A stretch of DNA of 57,964 nucleotides, filler included, from Catajapyx aquilonaris (lineage: Eukaryota), in assembly GCA_000934665.2 (NCBI GenBank). It is 3 parts of 3 records of this genome, joined end to end, with 100 filler letters (N's around TTAATTAATTAA, not from the genome) between each part and the next. Parts side by side here need not be neighbours in the genome. Positions count along the whole stretch, not along the records: positions 1 to 19,355 come from JYFJ02006516.1; positions 19,456 to 38,645 come from JYFJ02006517.1; 1 more part is not named here. One strand, 5' to 3'. Below are positions 13,087 to 24,740 of this stretch, piece after piece. Numbering within the stretch: the stretch's first letter is position 1; the number at the start of each line of letters is the position of its first letter. The notes beneath the pieces are model-generated. The model saw nothing but the letters and a program-made list of their open reading frames with translations, was not told the origin of the DNA and searched no databases. Both the position numbers and the translations under genes were made by a program.

Positions 13087-13937
13087 TACAAAAATAAATT
13101 CCATATACTTGTAGTATTAATAATAATTGCACAAATAAATACATCACATACATAAATTTAGTAAATTACATGAATACAGTACATAAATTTAGTTAAAGCT
13201 GTACGATGGCACGAATTTCTGACTCACCCTGTATTTTCTGATCGGATTCTGATAGCCAGCCGGGGGTTTTGTGAGGCTCCAGGAAGTTGTATGTGTGAAC
13301 GATCCGCTTTATCCGACGGTTATTGCATCCTGCAGTTCCCCCCCCCCNTCCCCCCCCCCCCCCCACTGGTGGAAAGTGTAATTAGAAGCGCGTTTGGACA
13401 CGCAACATACGCACACGCGATGATTGGCAGCTTAACAGTGCTCTCAACATCGTCTCTGAAAAGAAAAGGGGGTGAAATTTATGAGCCAATTAGAGAGTCG
13501 GACTGCCAGAAATCTGCTAATCCTTCCACACAAAAGTTTGTCATTGTTCGCGAATATTTACGACAACTTCGTGACAATTTTTTTTCCGCCTTTTTTTGCG
13601 TCTAGGGTCATTCACACGGGTTTGAGAAACAGCCTGTACCGCCACGTGCCGTCAATAGAAAATCATACTCGAGCAAACGTATCAATATGGAAAGGTTGTC
13701 CCTTCCCCTCCCTCTTCAGAGAGAAATGGGGATTAGAATAAATAACGTGAAATATGGAGCATGTTTGCAGTGCTTGCATGATACAGATTGAAGTCCTGAG
13801 GGTTGCCTCTCTCAGGATCCGTGTCCCAGAAGCCTTTTATCCAGAGGGGAAGGGGGGACATGTAATTCGACATCATTTGTGACAAAAAGCTGCATCGATG
13901 GCTTTTTACAAATGGTCGTCCATTATCGTGGTAATAA

Positions 13938-14231
13938 TCTATAGTATTAAAATCTGAATGGGTGTGTATGTACTGTATACACCTGACTGGTCGGCCGCAT
14001 ATTGTTACCGCGACGCTTTTGATTGGCCCGCGTTCTACGCATGCGCAGTGGGCGGAGACAGCGCCTCTGGTGGGTGGGGAGGAGGAACTATCAATTCGTT
14101 CGCTGACTGCCGCAGGGTATATATTTCGTTCTCCCACAACTTCTCCCACGAAGAAGCGATTAACAATATGGCTTCCACCACCGTTGGTCGCAGGCCTAGA
14201 AAAAAAGTGATCGAAGCGAGGGTTTGTCTAG
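13938..14231 (+). mobile_element. Non-autonomous Helitron-like element carrying promoter-like motifs
   Basis: A|TCTATAGTATTAAAA 5' end and CGAAGCGAGGGTTTGTCTAG|T 3' end; 3' part shared with 23171-23310. Confidence 0.65.
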
Positions 14232-15499
14232 TTTTTAGTTAATTGGACTGTAGGGCCTATCACAGGCCTGGTCAGCCCATAATGTTCTTTTAACCAGTTA
14301 ATTGAGGAGCTGAGAGCTTATTGTGGGTCATGTAACAGAAAAAGTACTACTGTACGTTTTGTGGCGTCTCAGGCCAACGAACGTTAATGTGGCTTTGCCA
14401 CGGCGGGATGCGCCCATTCGGACACGTTCTATACTGCCCCGCGCCTCCCTCTTCGCCTCGTAGGAAAGATCTCCCGCTTTTTCTCTATTAAAAGCCTTCC
14501 ACATTCCACAGGCTAATTAAGCCCCTTGTTAGTCAGGCCCTTTGTTACGCAACCCTCACTTATTCATGAACAGTGCGAGTGCATTTGGGAAGCGTAATTT
14601 TTAGCCTTGTCATCAAGTGAGGGTGCGGGGTGGGGGTGGGTGGAATCAGGTGCAATTCGCATACCGGAAGCTTTCCGGGTTTGGGAAAGGAGGGTGTAGA
14701 GCACGTCTCGGCTGGATCGTCTTGTTTGCCCAACTTGCTGATACCGATGAATATTTAGGAGGGTTGGTCCGAGTGGGTCGTGATGGCAGCAAAGCCTCGT
14801 AGCTTGAAGCAAAAGCAGCAAAGGATGAAGCAAACGCAAGGGAAGGGAGAGAGGCTTGAGATTCCGGGCTGCGACCAACTCAATTGGAGGCACTTATTAA
14901 GGCGTTCTGCCGGCGAAGGCAAACGTGGACGCCTCTCTCCTGCTAATTTACTCCCTGGGAATGGGAGGGGAGGAGAGTGGGACACATCTGCATAAGGAAT
15001 AGGACCAGGGACACACACACACGAAGCTCAGCCTACTCTCAGGTGTCAATTTCTGGCAGGGGTAGGCTGTATACTGCAGAGCACTGCAGTTATTCACTCC
15101 TTCACGGCTAAAAATCACTGCAGTTACCAGTTACGTTAAGAATTATGCGTAAAACTTCTAAAGCGAACTGATAGGAACCAGATGATCACCTTATGTAGAG
15201 GTGTCATTTGGTATACGCAGATTTATTATGGAGATAATGGGCTTCAAACAACAAGGCAGGCAGTTTTCACGAGAACTAACCTCATCCGAGGCGATCAAGT
15301 TTCGCATAATTATGATGTATTCGCGCCACAGAAAGTGGCACTATAATATGTTTAATGCTAATTATCTTGGTAACTAGGCTAAAGACACGATATGACAGCT
15401 CAGCTCTACATAAAATGATCGACTAATGTCCACGAGTACCGGTACATCCTGAAGTGGGCTGAAAATTTAGTCTGAATCATTATATTACTCATCCTGCCT

Positions 15500-16270
15500 A
15501 TTATGGCGATATCATAATTTTGATAGAACCTATACCATATTTCATAAATATTGCATCGAGATATTGAAATATCACAGAATCGACATTGCCACATCGATTA
15601 TTGCTGATTCAAAGTAATAATATATCGATTTAACATGTCGATCATGCGACAAGTCAATATCGATAAGTATCGATAAACCAGACATGGTATCGATATGTCG
15701 AATTATCACAAATTGGCGTCGTTTACACTATATCAAAATATATCGATATATCGATTCAGTAATTAATCAGTCATGCGACATTAAGTGGATAGCAAACATC
15801 AGTGACGATATATCAATATATTGCATCGATATATCGAATTACTATCGATATATCGAATTATTATCGATATATCGAATTATTATTGATATATCGAATTATT
15901 ATCGATACATATCGATTATCGCATATGAAACTATATTTCAATTTGCATCGCAATAGCGTATCGATCATTCGAGAAAATATCGACATGACGCGCACGATAC
16001 ATCATAAATATCGATATTGTAAATTGTCATAAACCGATATCGATTATCGCACATCGAAATATATTTCAGTTTGAATTTCAACAACATATCGATCATGCGA
16101 AAAATATCGATATTAAACGCACGACACATCGTAAACATCGATATTATAAATTGTCATCGATATCGATTATCGCGCATCGAAATATATTTCAGTTTGAATT
16201 TCAATAGCGCATCGATCATTCGAGAAAATATCGATCTGAATCGCACGATATATCGTAAGTATCGGACAAT
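15500..16270. repeat. ATCGAT/TATCGATA-rich array (19 bp and ~125 bp tandem units)
   Basis: 19 bp unit ATCGATATATCGAATTA(C/T)T at 15825, 15844, 15863, 15882 and a partial copy at 15901; three longer units 15911-16260; at least eight exact TATCGATA. Confidence 0.85.
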
Positions 16271-16699
16271 ACAGGCTTGGAAACAGTCCATTTTTTCTCA
16301 CCTGGCCATTACCCTGAATGTATTCTCCTATACTTCCGGTCTCTCTCTTGGAGACAAAGGAGGTAGGGGAAAGGCTGAGCTTTTCGCCTCCGCAAACTTA
16401 CTAATTAAAATATCGATTTCCGAAGAAAAGCGCCGTACTTGCGACGTCGAGAGAGGAAGGACCGTGGTGGTGGGTATGGGGGAGCGAGAATCCAAGTCTC
16501 GGCCCCCACTCAAAAGCCACAAACTTTCCTAACCACAACTATCCAGGAAGGAATTCGGGCCAATCTCGGGCAAGGTGAGGAAGCGCGGCCAAAACTCACA
16601 TTTTTATTCGCCCCCCCCCCCCCCCCCCNCCTTTTTGGACAAGGAAGTGTCCCTGAGGGTTGGAAATAAAGTGGATCAGTTTGTTGCAGCGACGGTATC

Positions 16700-16830
16700 A
16701 AGTAGGTCACGTGTCCGGAGGGTGGCCGAGCGGAAGTCGAGGCGGAAGTGGATGTCGCCCTGGGACGAGGCTGGCGAAATGCGCTTTTCCTGACTGAATA
16801 TTGGCTGATGCTTTTGACAAAAGATGGCGA
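16700..16830 (+). promoter_or_regulatory. Candidate housekeeping-type promoter motif cluster
   Basis: GTCACGTG at 16706, two CGGAAGT (16731, 16743), AAGATGGCG at 16821 overlapping an ATG; CpG-rich; motif evidence only. Confidence 0.3.
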
Positions 16831-17079
16831 CAGGTCAAAAGCCGTTTGATACAAGTGGACTCGAAAGCCTGGGAATAAGGAAAAGATATGATACTGTACG
16901 AGGGGTATGCAGTAGCCAAGTCTGATTAAACTCTATTGGGTGGGTTTGGCGACAGGAAAGTACAAAGTTTCATGATCTGGAGAATTATCACCATTGCGGA
17001 AGTCGATTCATCTCCAAGCTCCAACTGACGTCATCATGTTACGTGGCCATGACACTTCACGTAAAAATAGCAGTCGTCA

Positions 17080-18110
17080 GAACATCGTAATTGCTAATTT
17101 GGACTAAAGTCCCATTCCCGCTGTAAGGAGGGCAAAAGAACTGTTAAGTTGTTGGAAAATAGCTGCTATTTTGATGTACAGAGTGTCATGTCGCTAGGTC
17201 AAAAATTTGGATAAACTGATAATTTTCTGTAAAGTGTCAGGGCCAGCTGGAGGTATTGCTAGTATTGCTAGTATTGCATAGTATTGCTGGGCGTAAAATC
17301 GACTTGGGGAATCGTGATAGTTATTCAGATATTGGAACTTCGTTAACTGGTTTTTTGCTCTCACAACAACGGCCATGATACTTTACATGAAAGTCGCAGT
17401 TACTTTCGAACAGCTTAAGTGCTATTTTCCCTCACTATAGGAACCATTCATCAAAATAGCATTTATCAAGAGATTCACTGCTTTTTGCCCACACTACAAC
17501 ATAGGCTATTACACTTTGTCTAAGTAGCAGTTACTTCCAAAGGCATTCACTGCTATTTTACTGAGGTCATCCGCCATGACACTTTATGCCAAAATAGCAG
17601 TTATTTTCGAACAGTTAAACGGGTATATTTCTCCGTCACTACACAAGCCACAATACCATAGAGCAAAATAGCAGTTATGAAACAGCTTAACTGCTTGTGG
17701 TCCAAAGTTATGTGACACGTTACGTCAAAGTAACTGTTACTTTCAAAGAAATTCACTGATATTTTACGTGCTGCATAATTATATCCGCCGTGACCGTCAA
17801 AATAGCAGTTATTTACGGACAGTTAAACTATTTCCTCCTCACTACACAGGGCATGACACCATGCAGCAAAATAGCAGTTATGAAACAGCCTAACTGCTTT
17901 TTGTCCCATGTGACGTAACACGTCAAAGTAGCAATCACTTTCAAACAGCTAAACTTAACACGTCAAATGAGCAGTTACTTTCAAACAGCTAAACTGCTTT
18001 TTGATCTGTGACGTAACACGTCAAAGTAGCAATCACTTTCAAACAGCTAAACTTAACACGTCAAATGAGCAGTTACTTTCAAACAGCTAAACTGCTATTT
18101 TGCCCTAAAA
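17080..18110. repeat. Degenerate AAAATAGCAGTTA repeat with a recent 98 bp tandem duplication
   Basis: Motif recurs throughout; block TGTGACGTAACACGTCAAAGTAGC... at 17909 and 18007. Confidence 0.75.
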
Positions 18111-18975
18111 TATCATGGCTAAAAGTGAGAGGACTTTTATTAACTCTCTGCTTCGAAGGCCTTTTCTGCAATGTGTAAAAATGTTCTGCAGCGAATTTTG
18201 AGCTTTCCTTTCTTCAATTCTTGCCCCCTATTCTTTCGCCCCACCGACGAGGCGCGGGAAAACAGCCTAGTTTGATGGAAGAGGAGAAAAGTCGGGCAGC
18301 ACCAGCAGCTCGGCCTGAGAGACAACAAATCACTGGGAGGATCTTGGCTGGCTTTTGCACCCAAAGCACCAGCCTACTGCGTGTCTACCCCACCCCCTGC
18401 CCCTCTACCCTCCCATGCCTTCAAAAAAAAAGTGGGGTCGAAGGGTGGAGGCCGGGGAGGGGGGGGGGGGGGAAGAAATATCCGCAAAAATATCGCCCAC
18501 TTTCAGGGCCCCCAGTAATGGGGACTCTTTTCCCGGAGAGAAACAAATGTCTTTTGGCACAAGATGCGACCTAACCTCCCCGGTCCCCCTCCCCCTCCCC
18601 TCCCCAAAAATATAGGAGGCTTCCTTATTCCTAGGGGCCTTAGTTGCTAAGCGCTGCAAATGACATTGCTNGGGAATCTAAACAGATTGAGGGGTGGAGA
18701 CTCTAGATGGCGCATCACGGATTATACTCTCCCCCCCTATACTCACTGCTACCCCATCATCAGGAATGTCACAGGGATTCATCCTTCCCCCACTCCCCCT
18801 AACCGCAATTTACACTGTTATCTGACAGGAATAATGAGCCACAAAACGGGAAGTCGCCATCTGCTGTAATCGGGTTTTTGGGAAGAGGACGTGTCATGTG
18901 ATGCGCAGTTGGCAGTCGATGCATCCGCAGCATGTACGTCTGGTACCTGTGTGACGCCAAGGTAACAACCTAGGG

Positions 18976-19355
18976 AAATAACTGCTCAAGTCGCTGCTAT
19001 TTGTGACCAATACTCCAAAAAGCACCTGCTATTTGTAACTGATATTGTATAACCGCGACTCTTATGCAAAGAACGGTTGCTATTTGTTACCAATACTGCT
19101 CCAAAAACCTGCTATTTATCATTGGTATTGTGAAACAGCTACTCTTATGCAAAGAAAGGCTCAAGTCGCTGCTATTTGTAACCGATACTCCAAAAAGCAC
19201 CTGCTATTCATAACTGCTATTGTATAACCGCTACTCTTATGCAAAGAACAGTTATTTGTAACCAATACAACAAAAAGTACCTGCTATTTACAACTGCTAT
19301 TCTGTAACCGCGACTCTTATGCAAAGAACGGTTGCTATTTGTTACCAATACTGCT
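18976..19355. repeat. Degenerate GCTATTTGT tandem repeat running into the contig end
   Basis: GCTCAAGTCGCTGCTATTTGT at 18984 and 19159; GCAAAGAACGGTTGCTATTTGTTACCAATACTGCT twice; reverse complement of the AAATAGC motif. Confidence 0.8.
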
Positions 19356-19455
19356 NNNNNNNNNNNNNNNNNNNNNNNNNNNNNNNNNNNNNNNNNNNNT
19401 TAATTAATTAANNNNNNNNNNNNNNNNNNNNNNNNNNNNNNNNNNNNNNNNNNNN
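19356..19455. other. Artificial contig linker / assembly gap
   Basis: 44 N + TTAATTAATTAA (stops in all frames) + 44 N. Confidence 0.98.
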
Positions 19456-19589
19456 ATTCTAAGTAATGCTTTAGTGTTCATAAATTATGTCAGAACCAAA
19501 TAATTGATATGCGTCGAATTCCTTTTTAAAATACACCGTCAATTACATTTATTATATTTCACCTGGCAACCTCACTGTGACGCACGGTC

Positions 19590-19690
19590 ATACAGGCGAT
19601 CCCATTGGTTCGCCCGGGGGGGCGTGTCTGTTCACTCTAATACAGGTGATCCCATTGGTTCACCCAGGGGGGCGTGTCTGTTCACTCTAA
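19590..19690. repeat. 50 bp tandem duplication
   Basis: ATACAGG(C/T)GATCCCATTGGTTC...GGGGGCGTGTCTGTTCACTCTA at 19590 and 19640. Confidence 0.85.
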
Positions 19691-19810
19691 GAAATCCGTT
19701 CCCTATAGCACTTACCCCACTTCGTCTCTTGTGTTTCCCATGTTTAACCTTAAGGAAATGACCATTGTCACAAAGTCACTCCAACTTAACGGTACTGCAA
19801 TTTTTTCCAG

Positions 19811-20069
19811 GTGAATGTGGGGAGCCTGCAATTGTCTGCAAACCACAACATTCTTCAAATCATTGATGTTTGCCAAGAATATGAGAAGGAGACCAAGCTG
19901 AAGCGTCTCTTGGAAGAGATCTCGCAGGTGGAGGAGAGGAAAACTATTGTTTTCGTCGAGACCAAGCGCAAGGTGGATGAGATAACACGGTCCATGCGGC
20001 GAGATGGCTGGCCAGCTGCTTGCATTCATGGGGACAAGGCGCAACCAGAGAGAGATTGGGTGCTAAGTG
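19811..20069 (+). CDS. DDX5: Internal exon of a p68-family DEAD-box RNA helicase (DDX5/DDX17/Rm62/DBP2)
   Basis: TTTTTTCCAG acceptor; VNVGSLQLSANHNILQIIDVC...KTIVFVETKRKVDEITRSMRRDGWPAACIHGDKAQPERDWVLS (motif IV, HGD, QxxR); phase-1 donor G|GTGTGT at 20070. Confidence 0.95.
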
Positions 20070-20352
20070 GTGTGTTGTATCTATTTTTGGAATTTTTAAG
20101 AAACTGTACGGTGCAGGGTTTTGTGATTGCAATGACCTTAGTGGGTGACATTTTGGCACTGAACTGATTATTGTTAAACAATTACTTTTAGGAGTTATTA
20201 AAAATTTATTATCTGCTAACAGCAGATAGCAATGCTCATCAGCCATTATGATATAGTGATAAATAAGAAAAATTTGTAATGAGTAGTCAGCAGTGAAACG
20301 TGGCATCACAAATCCACTGATATCAAGGGGATAGGATAATATTTTAAACCAA

Positions 20353-20835
20353 GGGGGTAGTCACTTCGGAGAGCCGGTGTACACCCTCACTGGTGAGCCG
20401 AGGAGAGCCGCAAGAGAGCCGAGGAGAGCCGCAGAGCCAACTACGTCACAACCGGCTGGGTGGGGACAAAGGTTGAACTTGGGTTGAACAGGTTGAACAA
20501 AGGTTTGGACAAGGGACAGAGGCAAGGGCAAGGCATTATGCTGCGCATTTTGTAACAATGAGAGCACCAAAACTGCAACTCTGCTCTATCCAAGGCATTT
20601 GCTCCTCATCATATGACGTAGTTTTTCTTCGGCTCTCTGCGGCTCTCCTCGGCTCTCCTCGGCTCTCCTCGGCTCTCTGCGGCTCTCCGAGGCATCGGTG
20701 AGCCCATAAGACCGTGGGTGAGCCTGCTGGTGAGCCGGGGGAGAGCCGCAGAGAGCTGCAGAGAGCCGCAGAGAGCTGCGGAGAGCCGCAACTCAAGAGA
20801 GCCGGTGTACACTTTTTTGAGGAGTGACTACCCCC
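20353..20835. mobile_element. PIF/Harbinger-like MITE with internal 10 bp GAGAGCCG(A/C)(G/A) repeats in both orientations
   Basis: GGGGGTAGTCACT ... AGTGACTACCCCC termini; TSD not clean; a 55 bp derivative follows at 20915-20969. Confidence 0.7.
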
Positions 20836-21161
20836 TTGTTTTAAACATTAATGCTAACTCATCGTAGGATTGGCAGGCTTGTTGCAGTATGTTGGTGAGA
20901 CACGATTAAATTTAGGGGGTAGTCACTCCAGACCTCTGGTGTACATTTTCGTGTTGAGGAAATAACCCCTTGAGTTAAATACATTTGAAAAGCCCACTTT
21001 TGGGTGGTGTCATCCATCTTCAGGTCAAAGCACATAGGATGTTCATATGTGGTATTGCTGGTTGGAAATTGTTCAGTTATTAAGCCAGTTCAAGGGGAAG
21101 TGGCCTAGCAATTGACATTTTGCTTTGGAGGCATTTCCATGTATAGACAAACAGTCTCGAG

Positions 21162-21457
21162 CAGTGCTCCCCAAACTGTGGGTTGTGACCCCAAATGTGG
21201 TTGCTAACTTAATATTTGGGGTCGCGAGGGAGGGTAACAAATTATTTTCACAAAATGATTCCATATCTCTTGAAAATTGTGCCCAGCAAGGTAAGTTACA
21301 GAACAATTCAGATACTCGACAATAGTTACCAATTATTTTCATTTCACTGTTTACTTGTCTTTTCATGTTGAGGGATTGAAATGTGCATATCCAGGGGGTC
21401 GCGAATTTTCCAAGACAATTTTTTGGGGTCAACAACGAAAAAGATTGGGAAGCACTG
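21162..21457. mobile_element. hAT (Charlie-like) MITE
   Basis: CAGTGCTCCCCAAA ... TTGGGAAGCACTG; internal GGGGTCGCGA repeats; degenerate 8 bp flanks GTCTCGAG/AGCTTGAG. Confidence 0.75.
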
Positions 21458-23006
21458 AGCTTGAGGCTCACCTTATGCATTTATGTTTGTTTACTGAGGT
21501 GAAGCTCCCTTTGTAAGCCTAGAAACAAATCTAGAGGGAGGTGCAAACATTCCACATCATGTCCTTCTGGGCCAGAAAACACTCCCAGAGGCTGTGAAAG
21601 TGGGCCTCACATACATTTCCCATTGAACTGATTATAAATCAGATAACTTATTGATAGCACTGTGCAACACTATATTTGTTCATGAAAATTCATCACTATT
21701 TCCATGTTCCTTAGGTCACTGGTAACTCATAATGGCAATTAATTTTGTATGGAATTTGATAGAGGAGACCAAGACAAACATATTTCATGTAGCCTAGGAA
21801 CCTGCGTCTGGAAACGCCATCTAGAGGGGGTTCATAGACAAGGAACGGGTGCGCTCAGACGCGTCAGGCATGAGGGACTAGGCGAGCGGACTGATTTAAT
21901 TCCATTAATTAATGAAATGTTACTGATAACACTGTCCTGCAAAAAAAGGTTCTTTATTCTGGAAATGTGAATTCGCCTCTACTGCAGAAGTGGCTGACAC
22001 CTAGTGGCCACTACTGAGTTAGGCAAGATGGAAGAGTAAAGGGATACAGTGGCCAGCCAGCCAACTGATACTCTCTGGCAATAGTGGGGGGTTCTTGGTT
22101 GGTAATGGTGGGGCCTCGTGGCCACCCTTGTTCAGTGGTCCTTGTGTTTTTTTCTGAGGTAATGGACAGTTTATTGGCCTATTAAGCACTCCTGTACATG
22201 AAAATTGTAATGGCAGAGCCAGCTCAAAGACTCTAAAAAAATGAAGATTCCTGTTTTTGGCAACCACCGGCCAAAGTTTCTGATCATCTACCTAGTTACA
22301 GGTTGGTCCCTCGACATTTCTCACCCCTATATTTTTTGTTTTCGTCCAAGGAATGTGCTACCCTCGGGTTGACCTACTGCTAAGAAACGTCCTGTATAGG
22401 GACAAAATCGCCAGTTTTTGTTAGTTTCTCTCCTCCACATGGCAACAAATTAAGTGTATGGCGTCCATGATTCACCCTGTCATACAGGCACCTCGGTTTT
22501 TGACCCACATGTCACTGAGACCCATGCGAAAATCGGCTCCACTCCACTCCACATCTCTTCCCATGCTTGAGTGCCCTCCTGCTCCGCCATGTTGTATTTG
22601 CCCCCAGTGCCTGTACAAGCCACTGCAGAGGCGAATAGTGATTCGTATCACACTACAATGTTCCTCATTGTTTTGTTGTAAAAAAAGCTCCTATGGACAT
22701 TTGCCTGCTCTTAGATCAGCTCTCACTCTTAATAATTTTTAATGTTATTTATTTATTTTATTTTACCCCATTGAGAGATCATCAATCTATTAGGAGGTCT
22801 CACTCTTAATAAAGGATTCAATTGTCACAATCGAGTCAAACACTTCTAATGGTAGACAGAGATCAGGAAAGAGCCTTTCTGTGCATGTGGCGTACTCTCG
22901 ACCCTTCGGCTGGGAAATTAGAAAATATTCCGTACTCGCCAACATGAACTTGGACTTAGGGAGACTGAAAATGCATTGATATCCCATCGTCAGGCCCTGC
23001 CTGCAC

Positions 23007-23156
23007 TTCGAGTTATAGAAATTCGAGTTAGGGAAGTTTGTTTCCTATTACTTTACATTGTGACCAACCAAGCTCATCATTTTCTTCGACTTATAGAGAA
23101 CTTCGACTTATAGAGAACTTCGACTTAGAGAAGTTCGACTTATAGAAGTTTTACTG
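23007..23156. mobile_element. One end of a pogo/Tigger-like element
   Basis: Tandem TTCGACTTATAGAGAA subterminal repeats ending GTTTTACTG|TA; partner end not found. Confidence 0.55.
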
Positions 23157-23170
23157 TATATACTGGGAGG

Positions 23171-23433
23171 ATGGGTATATTCACTGGCTATAAGTCCAAA
23201 ACGATTAAAAATACGGCATCCAACGCAGGCCTAGAAAAAAGCAAGCGAAGCAAGTGGCTTTCTCTCTCGGCCTGCACCCTAGAAAAATGCAAGCGAAGCA
23301 AGGGTTTTCCTGAAGGGGTAAATCACTCGTCAAGTCCGTTGTACGGTATAAGGCTCCACGTCCTCCAAGTCCGGCTTTTTACAGGTTCGTTGTAAGCTCA
23401 ACTGCCGAGTTATTTACCCCGTGGTTTTTCTAG
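23171..23433 (+). mobile_element. Helitron-like 3' fragment related to 13938-14231
   Basis: Shares GGGTATAT...CGATTAA..AATA(C/T)GGC.TCCA...CGCAGGCCTAGAAAAAA...CGAAGC; ends GGTTTTTCTAG|T. Confidence 0.45.
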
Positions 23434-23737
23434 TATATATGTTGATTGGATTTTGACCACTTCCACTAGCCGGAAAAATTATCCAGGAAAGGCCTCATTT
23501 TCAGAAATTTCCACAATTTCCCCATTATTTTCCTCCCCATGGAATGGGGCTGGCTCAGGCACTAACCGGTAGGGCGGCGCTAGCGGGCGAAAGGTTATAG
23601 TTCAGTATCATCAGGAGTGAATACTGGTATTGTCCCGTCTACATTTCCATACAAGATGTGATTTCTGTTCACTTTCTGTTGGAGATGAAGCTGGAACGTT
23701 GCTGTGACAGTACGAAGCAAAGGTCCGAACCAGCAAA

Positions 23738-23932
23738 ATGCCACAGTACTGTTGTGTACCGAGTTGCCGATGCAACATTTCCGGCCATCATTTTCCCAAA
23801 AACCCATCGCTTCGGAAACAGTGGCGAGTTGCCATCAAACGCGTGGATTCACGACCTGGAAATCTTTCAGATCAGGCTGTTCATGACGTCGTCTGCCATT
23901 TGCACTTCAAGCTTGAGGACTACAGAATTTGA
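23738..23932 (+). pseudogene. Truncated THAP zinc-finger ORF (64 aa), probably a transposase N-terminus
   Basis: MPQYCCVPSC...HHFPKNPSLRKQW...VCHLHF matches the C2CH THAP signature with conserved P, W and F; no AVPTIF box and no downstream catalytic domain. Confidence 0.8.
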
Positions 23933-24184
23933 GAGTTTGCGGTCGATGTGACCCTTTTGGTTTTGGTCTAGTCACGCCAAAATTTTCGACCCGGGTTTTT
24001 TTTTTTCTTTCTTCTCTCCTTATGTTCGCCCCTGCATCCTCTCCTTTGCTGGGGTGAATATACATGCTATGGGCAAGGTGGGGCAGGCCCCGGGCCGAGA
24101 CGGATCGGGTACGGGCAGAATGGGTGGGTTTGGCCGCTGGGAGAGCGAGGCATAGCGGGCTCAAGGAGGCGTGGGGTCCACTCG

Positions 24185-24740
24185 CAGGGTTACCTCTGAA
24201 AATTCATTGCGGCCAATCTAGGGGTCGTCCTGGTTTGACAGTGCCCTCGTTGTCGAGAGGAGATTCCGACGATTCCGTCGAGGTCCATATCGGCCATAAA
24301 TAACCACGGTTTATTTTACTGGAGAATTTAATAGCGAATATGAGGGTAAAAAGTGGGACACAGAGCCTCTGGGAGGGTGAGAATCTGGCGGGCTGTAACC
24401 CAACGGGTCCAGAGTTCAGGGTTGTCTCTGAAAATTCATTCCCGCCAAACTGGGGGTCGCACGGGTGTGACAGTGCCCAAGTCGTCGAGGGGAGATTCCG
24501 ACGTTTCCGTCTCTGGCCATATCGGCCATAACTAACAACGGGTTAATTTACGGGGGAATTTTATTCTTTTCTTCTTCTTCTCATATTCGATATTAAATTC
24601 TCAAGTAAAATAACCTCCCGGTATTTACAGCTTATATGGACATTGACGGAATCCTCGGAATCTCCTCTCGACGATGGGGGCACTGTCACACCAGGGCGAC
24701 TTCCAGTTTGGGCGGAATGAATTTTTAGAGGCAACCCTGC
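24185..24740. repeat. ~150 bp unit present as two direct copies and one inverted copy
   Basis: CTCTGAAAATTCATT...GACAGTGCCC...GAGATTCCGACG...CCATATCGGCCATAA at ~24190 and ~24425; reverse complement at ~24580-24740. Confidence 0.8.

Noticed and set aside
14168..14222. First coding exon MASTTVGRRPRKKVIEAR of a host gene
   Set aside because: The sequence is shared with a repeat at 23200-23310 and overlaps a Helitron-like CTAG|T terminus
20070..20167. C-terminal part of ORF 19811-20167, and likewise ORF 24993-25316 outside 25171-25230
   Set aside because: Intronic read-through; helicase similarity stops at canonical splice sites
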